Assembly (NCBI GenBank): GCA_963829245.1 | Contig: CAWHIM010000030.1 | Coordinates: forward strand, 19,167 to 83,166 | DNA length: 64,000 nt | Direction of reading: 5' to 3' | Source: an uncultured bacterium | GTDB lineage: Bacteria; Desulfobacterota; Deferrimicrobia; Deferrimicrobiales; Deferrimicrobiaceae | Shown: positions 49,389 through 59,938 of the stretch, one piece after another | Position numbering within the stretch: position 1 is the first letter of the stretch | How the letters are laid out: each line of letters opens with the position of its first letter | Notes under the pieces: generated by a model | The model's input: only the letters and a program-made list of their open reading frames with translations | Database searches by the model: none | Told to the model about the DNA's origin: nothing | Position numbers and translations under genes: made by a program

Positions 49389-50454
49389 GGTCGAGGCGGG
49401 GGAGCGGCTGTCGGAGGCCGACGCGCTCGCGCTATATCGCACGCGGGACATCCTCGCCGTCGGGGAAATGGCGGCCCTGGCGAACCGGCGGGCGAACGGC
49501 GACCGCGTCTGCTTCATCGTCAACCGGCACGTGAACCCGACGAACATATGCGTGAACCGTTGCAAGTTCTGCGCGTTCAGCAAGGAGAGGAACGATCCTC
49601 TCGCGTACACGATGACGATGGACGAGATCCTCCGCCGGGCGGAGGAGGCCCGGGAGCAGCGGGCCACGGAACTTCACATCGTCGGGGGGTTGCACCCGGA
49701 CCTCCCCTTCGACTTCTACCTGACGATGCTGCGCTCCCTGCGGGAACGGTTCCCTTCCCTGCACGTCCAGGCGTTCACCGCGGTGGAGATCGATTACTTC
49801 CGGCAGATCACCGGATTCCCGTTGGCCGAGGTGATCGCGCAATTGAAGGATGCGGGCCTCGGATCCCTTCCGGGCGGCGGCGCGGAGATCTTCGCCCCGG
49901 AGATCCGGAACGCAATCTGTCCCGAGAAGATTTCGGGGGACCAATGGCTCGAGGTGATGGAGGCGGTCCACGCGGCGGGACTTCGAAGCAACGCCACGAT
50001 GCTCTACGGCCACGTGGAGACGCTGGAGTCGCGGGTGGACCACATGCGGCGCCTGCGGGAGCTGCAGGACCGCACCGGCGGGTTCCAGTCGTTCATCCCC
50101 CTGGCATTCCACCCGAAGAACACGGAGATCGCCAAGGGGTACACCACGGGGCTCGAAGACCTGCTCGCGCTGGCGGTCGCGAGGCTCTACCTCGACAACT
50201 TCCGCCACATCAAGTCGTTCTGGATCATGGTGGGACCGAAGCTGGCGCAGATCTCCCTCCACTTCGGTGTGGACGACATCGACGGGACCGTGGTCGAGGA
50301 GAAGATCACCCACGCGGCCGGCGCGCAGTCGGGGCAGGAGATGTCCGTCGCCGAGCTCGTGACGATGATCCGCCAGGCGGGAAAGATCCCCGTCGAGCGG
50401 GATACCCTCTACAACGTGGTCCGCGAGTGGCCGGCGGAGGGGGCCCGGGAGTGA
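49357..50454 (+). CDS. mqnE: Aminofutalosine synthase (radical SAM)
   Basis: FIVNRHVNPTNICVNRCKFCAFSK radical-SAM motif; CofH/MqnE-like throughout. The MqnE versus MqnC call is from memory of family signatures. Confidence 0.7.
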   Translation: METVLRRIRDKVEAGERLSEADALALYRTRDILAVGEMAALANRRANGDRVCFIVNRHVNPTNICVNRCKFCAFSKERNDPLAYTMTMDEILRRAEEAREQRATELHIVGGLHPDLPFDFYLTMLRSLRERFPSLHVQAFTAVEIDYFRQITGFPLAEVIAQLKDAGLGSLPGGGAEIFAPEIRNAICPEKISGDQWLEVMEAVHAAGLRSNATMLYGHVETLESRVDHMRRLRELQDRTGGFQSFIPLAFHPKNTEIAKGYTTGLEDLLALAVARLYLDNFRHIKSFWIMVGPKLAQISLHFGVDDIDGTVVEEKITHAAGAQSGQEMSVAELVTMIRQAGKIPVERDTLYNVVREWPAEGARE

Positions 50455-51566
50455 ACGGATCCGGCGCGGATCGGAGGGAAGCGGTCGAGCGGGCTGGGCG
50501 CGGGCTCGTATCGGTGGCGGAAGGGGGCTCGGCTGCTGCGGGAGGCGCCGCTGTTCGAACTGGGGCGGGCGGCCGACGCGGTCCGGCGGAAACTGCACCC
50601 GGACGGCAACGTCACCTACATTGTCGACAGGAACATCAACTACACGAACGTCTGCTCCTGCGGCTGCTCCTTCTGCGCCTTCTACCGGAAGAAGGACGCA
50701 CCCGACGCCTACGTCCTCTCCGGGGAGGAGCTCTCCGCCAAGATCGTGGATACGATCGCGGCGGGCGGGGTCCGTGTGCTGCTGCAGGGGGGGCTGCACC
50801 CCGATTGGGGGATCGACGAGGCGGTCCGGCTGGTGCGGGCGGTGAAGCGGCACCCGATCCGGTTGCACGGATTCTCCCCGCCGGAAGTGTGGCACTTCGC
50901 GAATCAATCGGGGAAGACGATCGGGGAGGTGATCGCGCGCCTGAAGGACGCCGGCCTCGATTCGATCCCCGGCGGCGGGGCGGAGATCCTCGACGACGAG
51001 GTGCGGCGCCGGATCAGCCCGAAGAAGATCGGATGGGAGCAGTGGGCGGCGGTGATGCGCGAGGCCCATCGGCAGGGGCTTCGGTCCACCGCGACGATGA
51101 TGTTCGGGAGCGTCGAGACGCCCGAGGCGATCGTCGCCCACCTGCTGCGGGTACGCGCGCTTCAGGAGGAAACGGGGGGATTCACCGCGTTCATCCCCTG
51201 GGTGTTCCAGCCGGGGAACACCGAGCTGTCGCGCGACCCGCGGTTCGGGGAGGCGTCGGCCCGGGGGTTCGGCCACGCGGTGGGGTACCTGCGGGTGCTG
51301 GCGTTGTCCCGGATCCTGTTGCCGGGCGTTCCGACCGTCCAGGTGTCGTGGGTGACGATGGGGGCGAAAGTGGCGCAGATCGGGCTCTTCTTCGGCGCGG
51401 ACGACTTCGGCAGCACGATGATGGAAGAGAACGTGGTCGCCTCCGCGGGCGTCTCCTTCCGGATGTCCGAGGAGGAGATCGTCGCCACGATCCGGGACGC
51501 GGGGTTCACCGCCGCCGCGCAGGACCGTGGAAAAAGCCTGACATTATCGAGACGGAGCGTGACACC

Positions 51567-51579
<13 letters not shown>
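50451..51579 (+). pseudogene. mqnC: Cyclic dehypoxanthinyl futalosine synthase, interrupted by a +1 frame break in a G5 run
   Basis: GTGA-coupled start at 50451 (frame 3). After GAAGGGGGCT (50520-50529) the protein continues in frame 1: ARLLREAPLFELGRAADAVRRKLHPDGNVTYIVDRNINYTNVCSCGCSFCAFYR. There is no ATG/GTG/TTG in frame 1 before 50746. The span is 3n+1. Confidence 0.7.
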
Positions 51580-52848
<1,269 letters not shown>

Positions 52849-52857
52849 AATCGCTTC

Positions 52858-53280
52858 ATGGAACCCCCGAAGGTTCGGCAGATCCATCCGATCTTCGTTC
52901 CTTTTGCCGGGGCGCTGTTCCCGGCGGCCTTCGCGGCGTTTTGCCTGTACGTCGCGACCGGGGTGCGGGAGTTCGAGGCGGGAGCGTTCGTCTGCGCGCT
53001 CTTCGGGCTGCTGGCCGCGCCCGTGGTGGCGGCGACGGGATTTCTCGACTGGTGGACGCATTACAATGCGTACTTGACGAGCATCTTCCGGATCAAGATC
53101 ACCGGAGCGTTCGTCCTGATCGCGCTGGCGGCTCCCGCGGTGTTGCTCCGTGCGTTCCACCCCGACCTTGCCGTCCTGCCGTTGGCGGGGCTCGGTTGGG
53201 CGTATTTCGGCCTTCTCGCCGCCTGCACCGCCGCGTGCGTGGTCCTCGGCTATTACGGGGGGAAACTCGTCTTTCCTTGA
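52858..53280 (+). CDS. DUF2231-like membrane protein
   Basis: 140 aa, 4 TM. HPIFVPFAGALFPAA N-terminus typical of DUF2231 as I recall it. Confidence 0.5.
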   Translation: MEPPKVRQIHPIFVPFAGALFPAAFAAFCLYVATGVREFEAGAFVCALFGLLAAPVVAATGFLDWWTHYNAYLTSIFRIKITGAFVLIALAAPAVLLRAFHPDLAVLPLAGLGWAYFGLLAACTAACVVLGYYGGKLVFP

Positions 53281-53323
53281 TCGAAGTGTACGATAGAGAA
53301 TACCTGCGAGGGGGGGAAACTCC

Positions 53324-53845
53324 ATGGGGTCGCCGGAAATGATTGCCATCGTGCACCGCGCCATCGACCGGGAGAGGGACGCGATCAACGTCTACCTCGG
53401 GCTGGCGAAGATCGTCACGGACGCGAAGGCGAAAAACGTGCTCATTCATCTCGCCTCCGACGAGGTTGGCCACATGACGAAGCTCGAGAAGCACCTGATC
53501 TCCGTCCTGCGCGGAAAAGATTGGGTGATCGAGCGGGCGGATCTTGTCGAGGCGATGTCCGAGCAGATCTCGCAGTCGTCGGCGCTCGAAAAGTTCGATG
53601 CGAAGAAACTGGCCAAGGCCGATATGATACAGATCCTCGGCGCCGCGATCGACCGGGAGATCGAGGCGGAGCGGTTCTACCTCGAGATGGCGGGGCGGTC
53701 GAAGAAGGATTCGGCGAAGGAGATGTTCCTCTCCCTGGCGAAGGAAGAGGAGTTGCACGCGAAGATCCTGCGGGCCGAGGTGGACTCGATCGGGCAGAAC
53801 GGGTTCTGGTGCGACATGCAGGAATTCACGATGGAACAACAGTAG
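53324..53845 (+). CDS. Ferritin-like/rubrerythrin-family protein
   Basis: Two repeats of ExxH-type helices: AIDRERDAINVYL...LASDEVGHMTKLE and AIDREIEAERFYL...LAKEEELHAKIL. Confidence 0.6.
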   Translation: MGSPEMIAIVHRAIDRERDAINVYLGLAKIVTDAKAKNVLIHLASDEVGHMTKLEKHLISVLRGKDWVIERADLVEAMSEQISQSSALEKFDAKKLAKADMIQILGAAIDREIEAERFYLEMAGRSKKDSAKEMFLSLAKEEELHAKILRAEVDSIGQNGFWCDMQEFTMEQQ

Positions 53846-53858
53846 GGAAGGGATCGCG

Positions 53859-54335
53859 TTGCTCAGCGAAGTGAAAAAGAAGCTCGAGGAAGAGATGCAG
53901 CGGATCGAACACGAGCTGCGGGTCACCCTTCCCAAGGAGATCCAGACGGCGCTGGGCCAGGGCGACCTCTCCGAGAACGCCGAGTATGAGTCGGCCAAGA
54001 ACCGGCAGTCGACGATCCAGGCGCGATTCGCCCAGATCCAGAAGCGGCTGGCCGACCTTTCCCGAATCGACGTGTCGGGCGTGCCGAGGGACCGCGCGGG
54101 GCTCGGGAGCGAAGTCACCGTGGAAAACCTCGAGAGCGGGGAAGAGATCCGCTACACCCTCGTGATCCCGGAACTGGCCGATGGGAACAAGTCGTTCGTC
54201 TCCATGGCGTCGCCGGTGGGAAAGGCGCTCATGAATCGCCGCGTGGGGGACACGGTCACGATCACGATCCCCCGCGGGACGCTGGAATACGAGGTCCGGC
54301 GGATCGTTACCCTGAGCGGGGACGTTCTCGAATAA
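53859..54335 (+). CDS. greA: Transcription elongation factor GreA
   Basis: QGDLSENAEYESAKNRQSTIQARFAQIQKRL...SMASPVGKALMNRRVGDTVTI. Confidence 0.9.
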   Translation: MLSEVKKKLEEEMQRIEHELRVTLPKEIQTALGQGDLSENAEYESAKNRQSTIQARFAQIQKRLADLSRIDVSGVPRDRAGLGSEVTVENLESGEEIRYTLVIPELADGNKSFVSMASPVGKALMNRRVGDTVTITIPRGTLEYEVRRIVTLSGDVLE

Positions 54336-54366
54336 GTGTAGCGAGACGCTGCGTTTTCGGGTGAGG

Positions 54367-55428
54367 TCACGCCAGCGCGGGGAACCGCCGCCGGACCTCC
54401 TCCAGCACACCCTTCACTTCCTCGGAGCGGGCGCGCGGGCAGACCAGCACGGCGTCCCCGCTTCGGACCACCACCACGTCGTCCAACCCCAGCACCGCGA
54501 CCACGCCGCAGTCCGTCCGCACAAGAACGCTCCGGCAGCCGGAGAGGATGACGTCGCCGAACGTGACGTTCTCCCCCCTCTCCGTGAGGAACTCGTGAAG
54601 CGAGTGCCACGTGCCGAGGTCGCTCCACCCGACGTTCGCCGGGAGGACGAGGATCCCCGTCTCCTTCTCCAGGATGCCGTAGTCGACCGAGATCGACGGC
54701 ATCCGGCGGTATGCCCGCGCAAGCCGCTTCGGGAAACCGTTCCGATCCCCCCGGAAGGCGCGACGGATCTCGCGATCGACCTCGGGGAGGAATTTCGCCA
54801 GCCGGTCGGCGAACGTCGCGACGCCGAAAAGGAACAGCCCGCTGTTCCAGTCGAATCGGCCCGAGCGGAGGAACCGCTTCGCCGTTGGAAGGTCGGGTTT
54901 CTCGGCGAACCGGGCGACCTCGAATGCGCCCCGGATCTTTCCGGGGAACGGTTTCCCCCGCTCGATGTATCCGTATCCCGTGGAGGGTTTGGTCGGCGGG
55001 ACGCCGAGGGTCACGAACCGCCCCGTCTCGCGCGCCAGGCGAAGTCCCTTCCGGAGCACGGCCTGGAACGCCCGGACGTGGCCGATGGCGTGATCGGCCG
55101 GGGTGGCAAGGACCACGGCGTCGGGGTCCTCCCGCGCGACGACCGCCGCCGCGTACGCCATCGCGGGGGCCGTGTTTTTCCCCTCCGGCTCCAGGAGGAT
55201 GTGCCGTTTCGGTATCCCGAGGTCGCGGGGGGAGAGGTGCCGCGCGTCCTTGATGCCGGCGACGATCCAGACGCGTTCCGGGGGGACGACGGGGAAGAGG
55301 CGCAGGAGGGTCTCCCGGATCATCGGTCCCCCGCCGGTGAGGTCCAGGAACTGTTTTGAGCGGCTCGCACGGCTCTCCGGCCAGAACCTCGTTCCCGACC
55401 CGCCCGCCATCACCACCGCGTGATCCAT
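54367..55428 (-). CDS. Mannose-1-phosphate guanylyltransferase
   Basis: VVMAGGSGTRFWPESRASRSKQF...VDYGILEK...DLGTWHSL. Confidence 0.8.
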   Translation of the reverse strand: MDHAVVMAGGSGTRFWPESRASRSKQFLDLTGGGPMIRETLLRLFPVVPPERVWIVAGIKDARHLSPRDLGIPKRHILLEPEGKNTAPAMAYAAAVVAREDPDAVVLATPADHAIGHVRAFQAVLRKGLRLARETGRFVTLGVPPTKPSTGYGYIERGKPFPGKIRGAFEVARFAEKPDLPTAKRFLRSGRFDWNSGLFLFGVATFADRLAKFLPEVDREIRRAFRGDRNGFPKRLARAYRRMPSISVDYGILEKETGILVLPANVGWSDLGTWHSLHEFLTERGENVTFGDVILSGCRSVLVRTDCGVVAVLGLDDVVVVRSGDAVLVCPRARSEEVKGVLEEVRRRFPALA

Positions 55429-55469
55429 GTGAACCCCCTCCCTGGAAGCATTTACGATAGAATACCCCT

Positions 55470-56084
55470 GTGTACGGCAACGTGAAAAAAAGTTTCCTTA
55501 CCGGGATCTTGGTCCTCGTCCCCCTCGTGGTGTCGGTGACGCTCCTCCTCTGGTTCTTCGTGAAGGTCGACGATCTCTTTTCTCCCGTGCTCGACGGGGT
55601 CCTCCGGACGATGATCCCAGGCACGGAGCACGTTCCCGGCACGGGGATCCTGGCCGGCCTCGTCATCATCCTGCTGCTGGGAACGCTGGCGCGGAACGTG
55701 GTGGGGAAGCGGCTCCTCGACACCCTCGATCGACTGATCCAGCGGATTCCCGGCTATCGAACCGTCTACTCGACCATCAAGCAGCTCACGAACGCCTTCT
55801 CCCCCGAGAACACGCAATCGTTCAAGGAGGTCCTCCTGGTGGAATACCCGCTGGAGGGGTCGTACGCCCTCGGGTTCCGGACGATGACGGTGCAGGAGGG
55901 GGAACGCCGGCTGGTCGTCGTGTACATTCCGACGAACCATCTCTACCTGGGTGAAGTGCTCTTTATCCCCGAGGAGAAGGCGGTCCGGCTCGATATGCCG
56001 ATCGAAAAGGCGGTCCGCCTGCTCGTATCGGGGGGGATCGCGGCGCCGCGGGAGTTCCGGAGGGTTTCTCGTCCAGGGGCATGA
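55470..56084 (+). CDS. DUF502 membrane protein
   Basis: SFLTGILVLVPLVVSVTLLLWFF...IPGYRTVYSTIKQLTNAF...YIPTNHLYLGEV. Confidence 0.65.
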   Translation: MYGNVKKSFLTGILVLVPLVVSVTLLLWFFVKVDDLFSPVLDGVLRTMIPGTEHVPGTGILAGLVIILLLGTLARNVVGKRLLDTLDRLIQRIPGYRTVYSTIKQLTNAFSPENTQSFKEVLLVEYPLEGSYALGFRTMTVQEGERRLVVVYIPTNHLYLGEVLFIPEEKAVRLDMPIEKAVRLLVSGGIAAPREFRRVSRPGA

Positions 56085-56253
56085 AGCTGCGGATCGAAGG
56101 ATCAATCAACATTGCAGAAAATGCGGCTATTTGCCGATAAGACCATCCGAGAGCGGCGTTCATGCGTCTACGGGATTACCTGTCCAAGGGGGGAAACGTG
56201 GCGCCAGACTAGAAAATGCCCCGGGATTGGACCCGGCGGAAGGAAATGTGTTG

Positions 56254-59200
56254 ATGGAGAACGACATATTGCATTTGGGTCCCCAACCGATGAGAGCCGC
56301 AAAGGATAAATCGTTCTCCCGGGTTTCTCTCTTTCTGTTCCTCTTCACTTTAGGGCTCGCCGGAAATTATTTCAAGTTATCTCTGTTTTACGGATTTGAT
56401 TTCCTCTTTGGCAGTATTTTCCTGATGATAATACTCAATTATTTCGGTGTTGCCGCCGCTGTGATAGCAACGGTCCTTGCGTCATTGTTCACGTATATGT
56501 ACTGGCATCATCCGTATGGGATAATCTCTTTCTCTATGGAAATGCTTGTTGTTGGGATAATGTATCGAAAGTACGAAAAGGACTTGATATTATTGGACTG
56601 TTTGTTTTGGTTGTTTATCGGTAGTCCATTGAACTTTCTGCTTTATTACGGAATAATGAAGGCCAGCTTCCTTCCCGTATTGTTCGTAATATTGAAGCAA
56701 AGCGTAAATGGGATCTTCAATGTATTGATCGCAAGCATCATTATTGACTATCTTCCCATCAACACCTGGTTTCGCATCTCGGGATCCCGGAGAAATGTTT
56801 CAATAAGGCGAGCGTTGTTCCACATTATTCTGGCCACGATTCTCATACCTGCCCTCGCAATAATGGTTATCAACAGCCGAAAGTCCTTTAGCGACATCGA
56901 AAGTGACATCGGGCATAAATTGAAAAATGTGAACCTGGAGGCGACGAATATAATCAATTCGCTTGTTAAAAGGCATATGGAGGGTGTCGTTCAACTTTCG
57001 GAAGCTGTTTCCGGAATCCCTCTTGTTCCTTCAGCGGAATTACAGAATAAGGTGAAGTTTGCGAAGGGATTTTTCCCTGATTTTCAGAGCATGTATATCG
57101 GGGACGCCTCCGGTGTGACGGTATCATTCTATCCTGGAATAAATGATAAAGGTGATTCCACAATAGGTTTGGATTTTTCCGACAGGGCGTATTTCAAGGA
57201 ATTGAAAAAATCCTTACGGCCCGTCATGTCGGATGTTTTCCTGGGACGAGTCAAGGCGTCGGTGCCCATCGTGACGCTGAGCGTCCCGATTCTGGAGAAT
57301 GGACGCTTTAAAGGGTACGCTACAGGGGCCTTCGATCTGAGTCACATCAATAAAGAATTGGAAAGGGTCAAGGACGAATGGGGAATCACTGCGGTGATCC
57401 TCGACAAACAGGGAAAGGTCATCGTCACCACGAACGAGGCATACCGGTCCATGCAGATCCTGAACTTGGCAGTGGAGGGAGAAATTCAGCCCTTGCATTC
57501 CGGCATCTACAAGTGGCTGCCTCCGATCCGTGCGTCGAAATCGGCATTTGACCGTTGGAAAAATTCCTTCTACATCCTGGAATCCCCCATTGGGAACGAC
57601 GCACCCTGGAAACTCCTTCTCGAGGCTCCCGTTGCCCCATATCAAAAGCAATTGTACGAAACGACCTATATCAACAGCTTTGCCATCCTTTTGGCGATCA
57701 TCGTCGGATCGATCTTCTTTTCCTCTTTTTTGAGCGGGAGGTTGGTCTATCCGATTGAAAGATTGAAAACCGTCACCACCGACCTCCCCTCGAAGATCGC
57801 GAGCCGGAAAACCATCGAATGGCCGAATACCAACCTGTTGGAGATTCATTCCCTCATCGGAAATTTCATGGACATGACTTCCTCGCTTATTCAGAAATTT
57901 ACCGAGCTGAAAACCGCCAACGACCACCTGGAACAACGCGTTGCGGCGAGAACCGTGGAGCTCACGCATGTCAACGACAAACTTTGCGTGGAAATAAATG
58001 AACGCGTGATTGCCGAAGAAGAGTTGTTCGAGGCAAAGGAACATCTGGAAGAGAAGGTCCGGCAGAGAACCGCGGACCTCCTCACCGTGAATGGAGCCTT
58101 GCAGGAGGAAATCGCAAAACACAGGCGTACGGAGGATTGCCTTGCGGGCGAAAAGGAAATGCTGTCGGTAACCCTGCAGGGCATCGGCGATGGCGTCATC
58201 AGCACAGATATCGAAGGGAACGTGGTGCTGATGAACAAGGTGGCCGAGGAGCTGACGGGATGGGCGCAACAAGAGGTGGCCGGAAGGCCGTTGCCTGAGA
58301 TATTCAAGACCATTGGAGCCGCGAATTCCCGGAAGGGATTGAATCTGCTCCGGAACGTGTCCGCGTCGGGGATTGGCGGCGTCGTGACCGAAAATGCGCT
58401 CCTGAGATCCCGGGACGGAGCGGAGTACATCGTCTCCAGCAGCTATGCTCCCATCAGGGCCAGGGATGGGAACATCATCGGGGGGGTGCTGGTGTTCAGG
58501 GACAACACGGAAAGAAGGAAGATCGAGGAAAAGCTGCTGAATGCGCAGAAACTGGAATCGATCGGCGTCCTTGCCGGAGGGATCGCGCACGATTTCAATA
58601 ACCTGTTGTCCGCGATCCTCGGGAATATTTCCTTGGCAAGGGCGAAGCGGGATTCTTCCTCCTTCGAACGTTTGGAAGAAATAGAAGAAGCGTGCAAGAG
58701 GGCGATCGGCCTGACACACCAGTTGCTGACGTTTTCCAAGGGCGGTTCGCCGGTCCGGAAGACCACTTCCATCGTCGATTTGATCAAACAGTCCGCGATT
58801 TTCGTTACCAGGGGATCCAATGTGCGCTGTGAGTTCCACTTTGCCGGGGATCTTTGGCCGGTTTATGCCGACGAGGGACAATTGAGCCAAGTCATCAACA
58901 ATCTGGTCATCAACGCGAGGCAGGCGATGACGGACGGAGGCATCATCAGGGTATCCGCGGAAAATGTCCTTGCGGGTGCGGCGTCGGAAGGAGCCGTGTA
59001 CGCGGGAAACAGGGTGAAGGTATCGGTGCGGGATGCCGGTCCCGGCATTCCTCCCGAAGACGTTTCGAAAATATTCGATCCATACTTCACCACAAAAGAG
59101 CACGGAAGCGGGCTGGGATTGGCCACGATTTATTCGATCGTCAAGCGGCATGGCGGGCAGATCGATGTGGAAACCAAGGTGGGCTTGGGGACGACGTTCC

Positions 59201-59706
59201 ATGTGTACCTGCCGGTTTCCGACAAGCCGCTCGAGGATGCCGTCCCTTCCGCCGCGAATTCCTCCAATGGCAAGGGGAGAATCCTTGTGATGGACGACGA
59301 GAAATCCATTCGGGACGTTGCGGGAGAAATGCTTGCCTACCTCGGCTACGAAGTGACCTGCGCCAAGGATGGCGCGGAGGCCATCGAGCTATACAAGATA
59401 TCCGTTGCCTGCGGGAAGCCGTTCGATGTCGTGATCATGGATTTGACGGTGCCCGGCGGGATGGGGGGCAAGGACGCCATGGTGATACTCAAGCAGGTCG
59501 ATCCCGGAATCGTCGCGATCGTATCCAGCGGATATTCGAACGATCCTGTAATGGCGGACCCGGGAAAATTCGGCTTTTCCGGAGTCGTCACCAAACCGTA
59601 CACCCTCAATTCATTGAGCAATGCGGTGCATGGGGCGCTCGATGCGGCAGGGGGAGCGTTGCGCAAGGCATCAACGGATTTCGCCGTTGCTTCCAATGGG
59701 GATTGA
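56254..59706 (+). CDS. Hybrid sensor histidine kinase: multi-TM module, Cache-like periplasmic domain, TM/HAMP-like, coiled coil, PAS, HisKA, HATPase_c, REC
   Basis: ATG 56254 (MENDILHLG). About 7 TM, then a Cache-like region (YIGDASGVTVSFYP...DRAYFKE). PAS (LSVTLQGIGDGVISTD). H-box GGIAHDFNNLL. N-box NNLVINARQA, DAGPGIP, GSGLGLA. REC (ILVMDDE...DLTVPGGMGG...KP). Markedly lower GC than its neighbours. Confidence 0.85.
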   Translation: MENDILHLGPQPMRAAKDKSFSRVSLFLFLFTLGLAGNYFKLSLFYGFDFLFGSIFLMIILNYFGVAAAVIATVLASLFTYMYWHHPYGIISFSMEMLVVGIMYRKYEKDLILLDCLFWLFIGSPLNFLLYYGIMKASFLPVLFVILKQSVNGIFNVLIASIIIDYLPINTWFRISGSRRNVSIRRALFHIILATILIPALAIMVINSRKSFSDIESDIGHKLKNVNLEATNIINSLVKRHMEGVVQLSEAVSGIPLVPSAELQNKVKFAKGFFPDFQSMYIGDASGVTVSFYPGINDKGDSTIGLDFSDRAYFKELKKSLRPVMSDVFLGRVKASVPIVTLSVPILENGRFKGYATGAFDLSHINKELERVKDEWGITAVILDKQGKVIVTTNEAYRSMQILNLAVEGEIQPLHSGIYKWLPPIRASKSAFDRWKNSFYILESPIGNDAPWKLLLEAPVAPYQKQLYETTYINSFAILLAIIVGSIFFSSFLSGRLVYPIERLKTVTTDLPSKIASRKTIEWPNTNLLEIHSLIGNFMDMTSSLIQKFTELKTANDHLEQRVAARTVELTHVNDKLCVEINERVIAEEELFEAKEHLEEKVRQRTADLLTVNGALQEEIAKHRRTEDCLAGEKEMLSVTLQGIGDGVISTDIEGNVVLMNKVAEELTGWAQQEVAGRPLPEIFKTIGAANSRKGLNLLRNVSASGIGGVVTENALLRSRDGAEYIVSSSYAPIRARDGNIIGGVLVFRDNTERRKIEEKLLNAQKLESIGVLAGGIAHDFNNLLSAILGNISLARAKRDSSSFERLEEIEEACKRAIGLTHQLLTFSKGGSPVRKTTSIVDLIKQSAIFVTRGSNVRCEFHFAGDLWPVYADEGQLSQVINNLVINARQAMTDGGIIRVSAENVLAGAASEGAVYAGNRVKVSVRDAGPGIPPEDVSKIFDPYFTTKEHGSGLGLATIYSIVKRHGGQIDVETKVGLGTTFHVYLPVSDKPLEDAVPSAANSSNGKGRILVMDDEKSIRDVAGEMLAYLGYEVTCAKDGAEAIELYKISVACGKPFDVVIMDLTVPGGMGGKDAMVILKQVDPGIVAIVSSGYSNDPVMADPGKFGFSGVVTKPYTLNSLSNAVHGALDAAGGALRKASTDFAVASNGD

Positions 59707-59732
59707 CAGAACCGTGCACGTGCACGTAGGAT
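59703..59732 (+). promoter_or_regulatory. Putative sigma70 promoter for the leuA leader
   Basis: TTGACA (59703-59708, overlapping the kinase stop codon), 18-nt spacer, TAGGAT (59727-59732). Confidence 0.4.
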
Positions 59733-59751
59733 TTAACGAATGAGGAAGAAC

Positions 59752-59829
59752 ATGATGGAACAAATCGAGGAAACCGGGTTGCTTGGGCTCGCTCTACTTC
59801 GCCCCCGGAGGGGCCGGACCGGAGCCTGA
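59752..59829 (+). CDS. Candidate leucine-rich leader peptide (25 codons) upstream of leuA
   Basis: RBS GAGGAAG, then MMEQIEETGLLGLALLRPRRGRTGA. Five Leu in seven codons, encoded TTG CTT CTC CTA CTT. Followed by two terminator hairpins. Confidence 0.45.
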   Translation: MMEQIEETGLLGLALLRPRRGRTGA

Positions 59830-59860
59830 GCGCGTAGCGAACCATTTACGTCGATTCGGG

Positions 59861-59891
59861 CCGCGGGGCCGGCAGGTTCCCGCGGTTTTTT
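59861..59891 (+). terminator. Intrinsic terminator/attenuator hairpin 1
   Basis: CCGCGGG-11 nt-CCCGCGG followed by TTTTTT. Confidence 0.7.
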
Positions 59892-59898
59892 CTTTTCC

Positions 59899-59938
59899 AG
59901 CCCCCGGGAGCCACAAGCCCCGGGGGCTGATTTTTTTT
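59899..59938 (+). terminator. Intrinsic terminator/attenuator hairpin 2
   Basis: AGCCCCCGGG-10 nt-CCCGGGGGCT, then GA and TTTTTTTT. Confidence 0.75.

Noticed and set aside
55951-56253. N-terminal extension of the Cache/PAS kinase ORF back to 55951.
   Set aside because: It overlaps the 3' end of the DUF502 gene in another frame and has no TM or domain features. ATG 56254 directly precedes the first hydrophobic segment.
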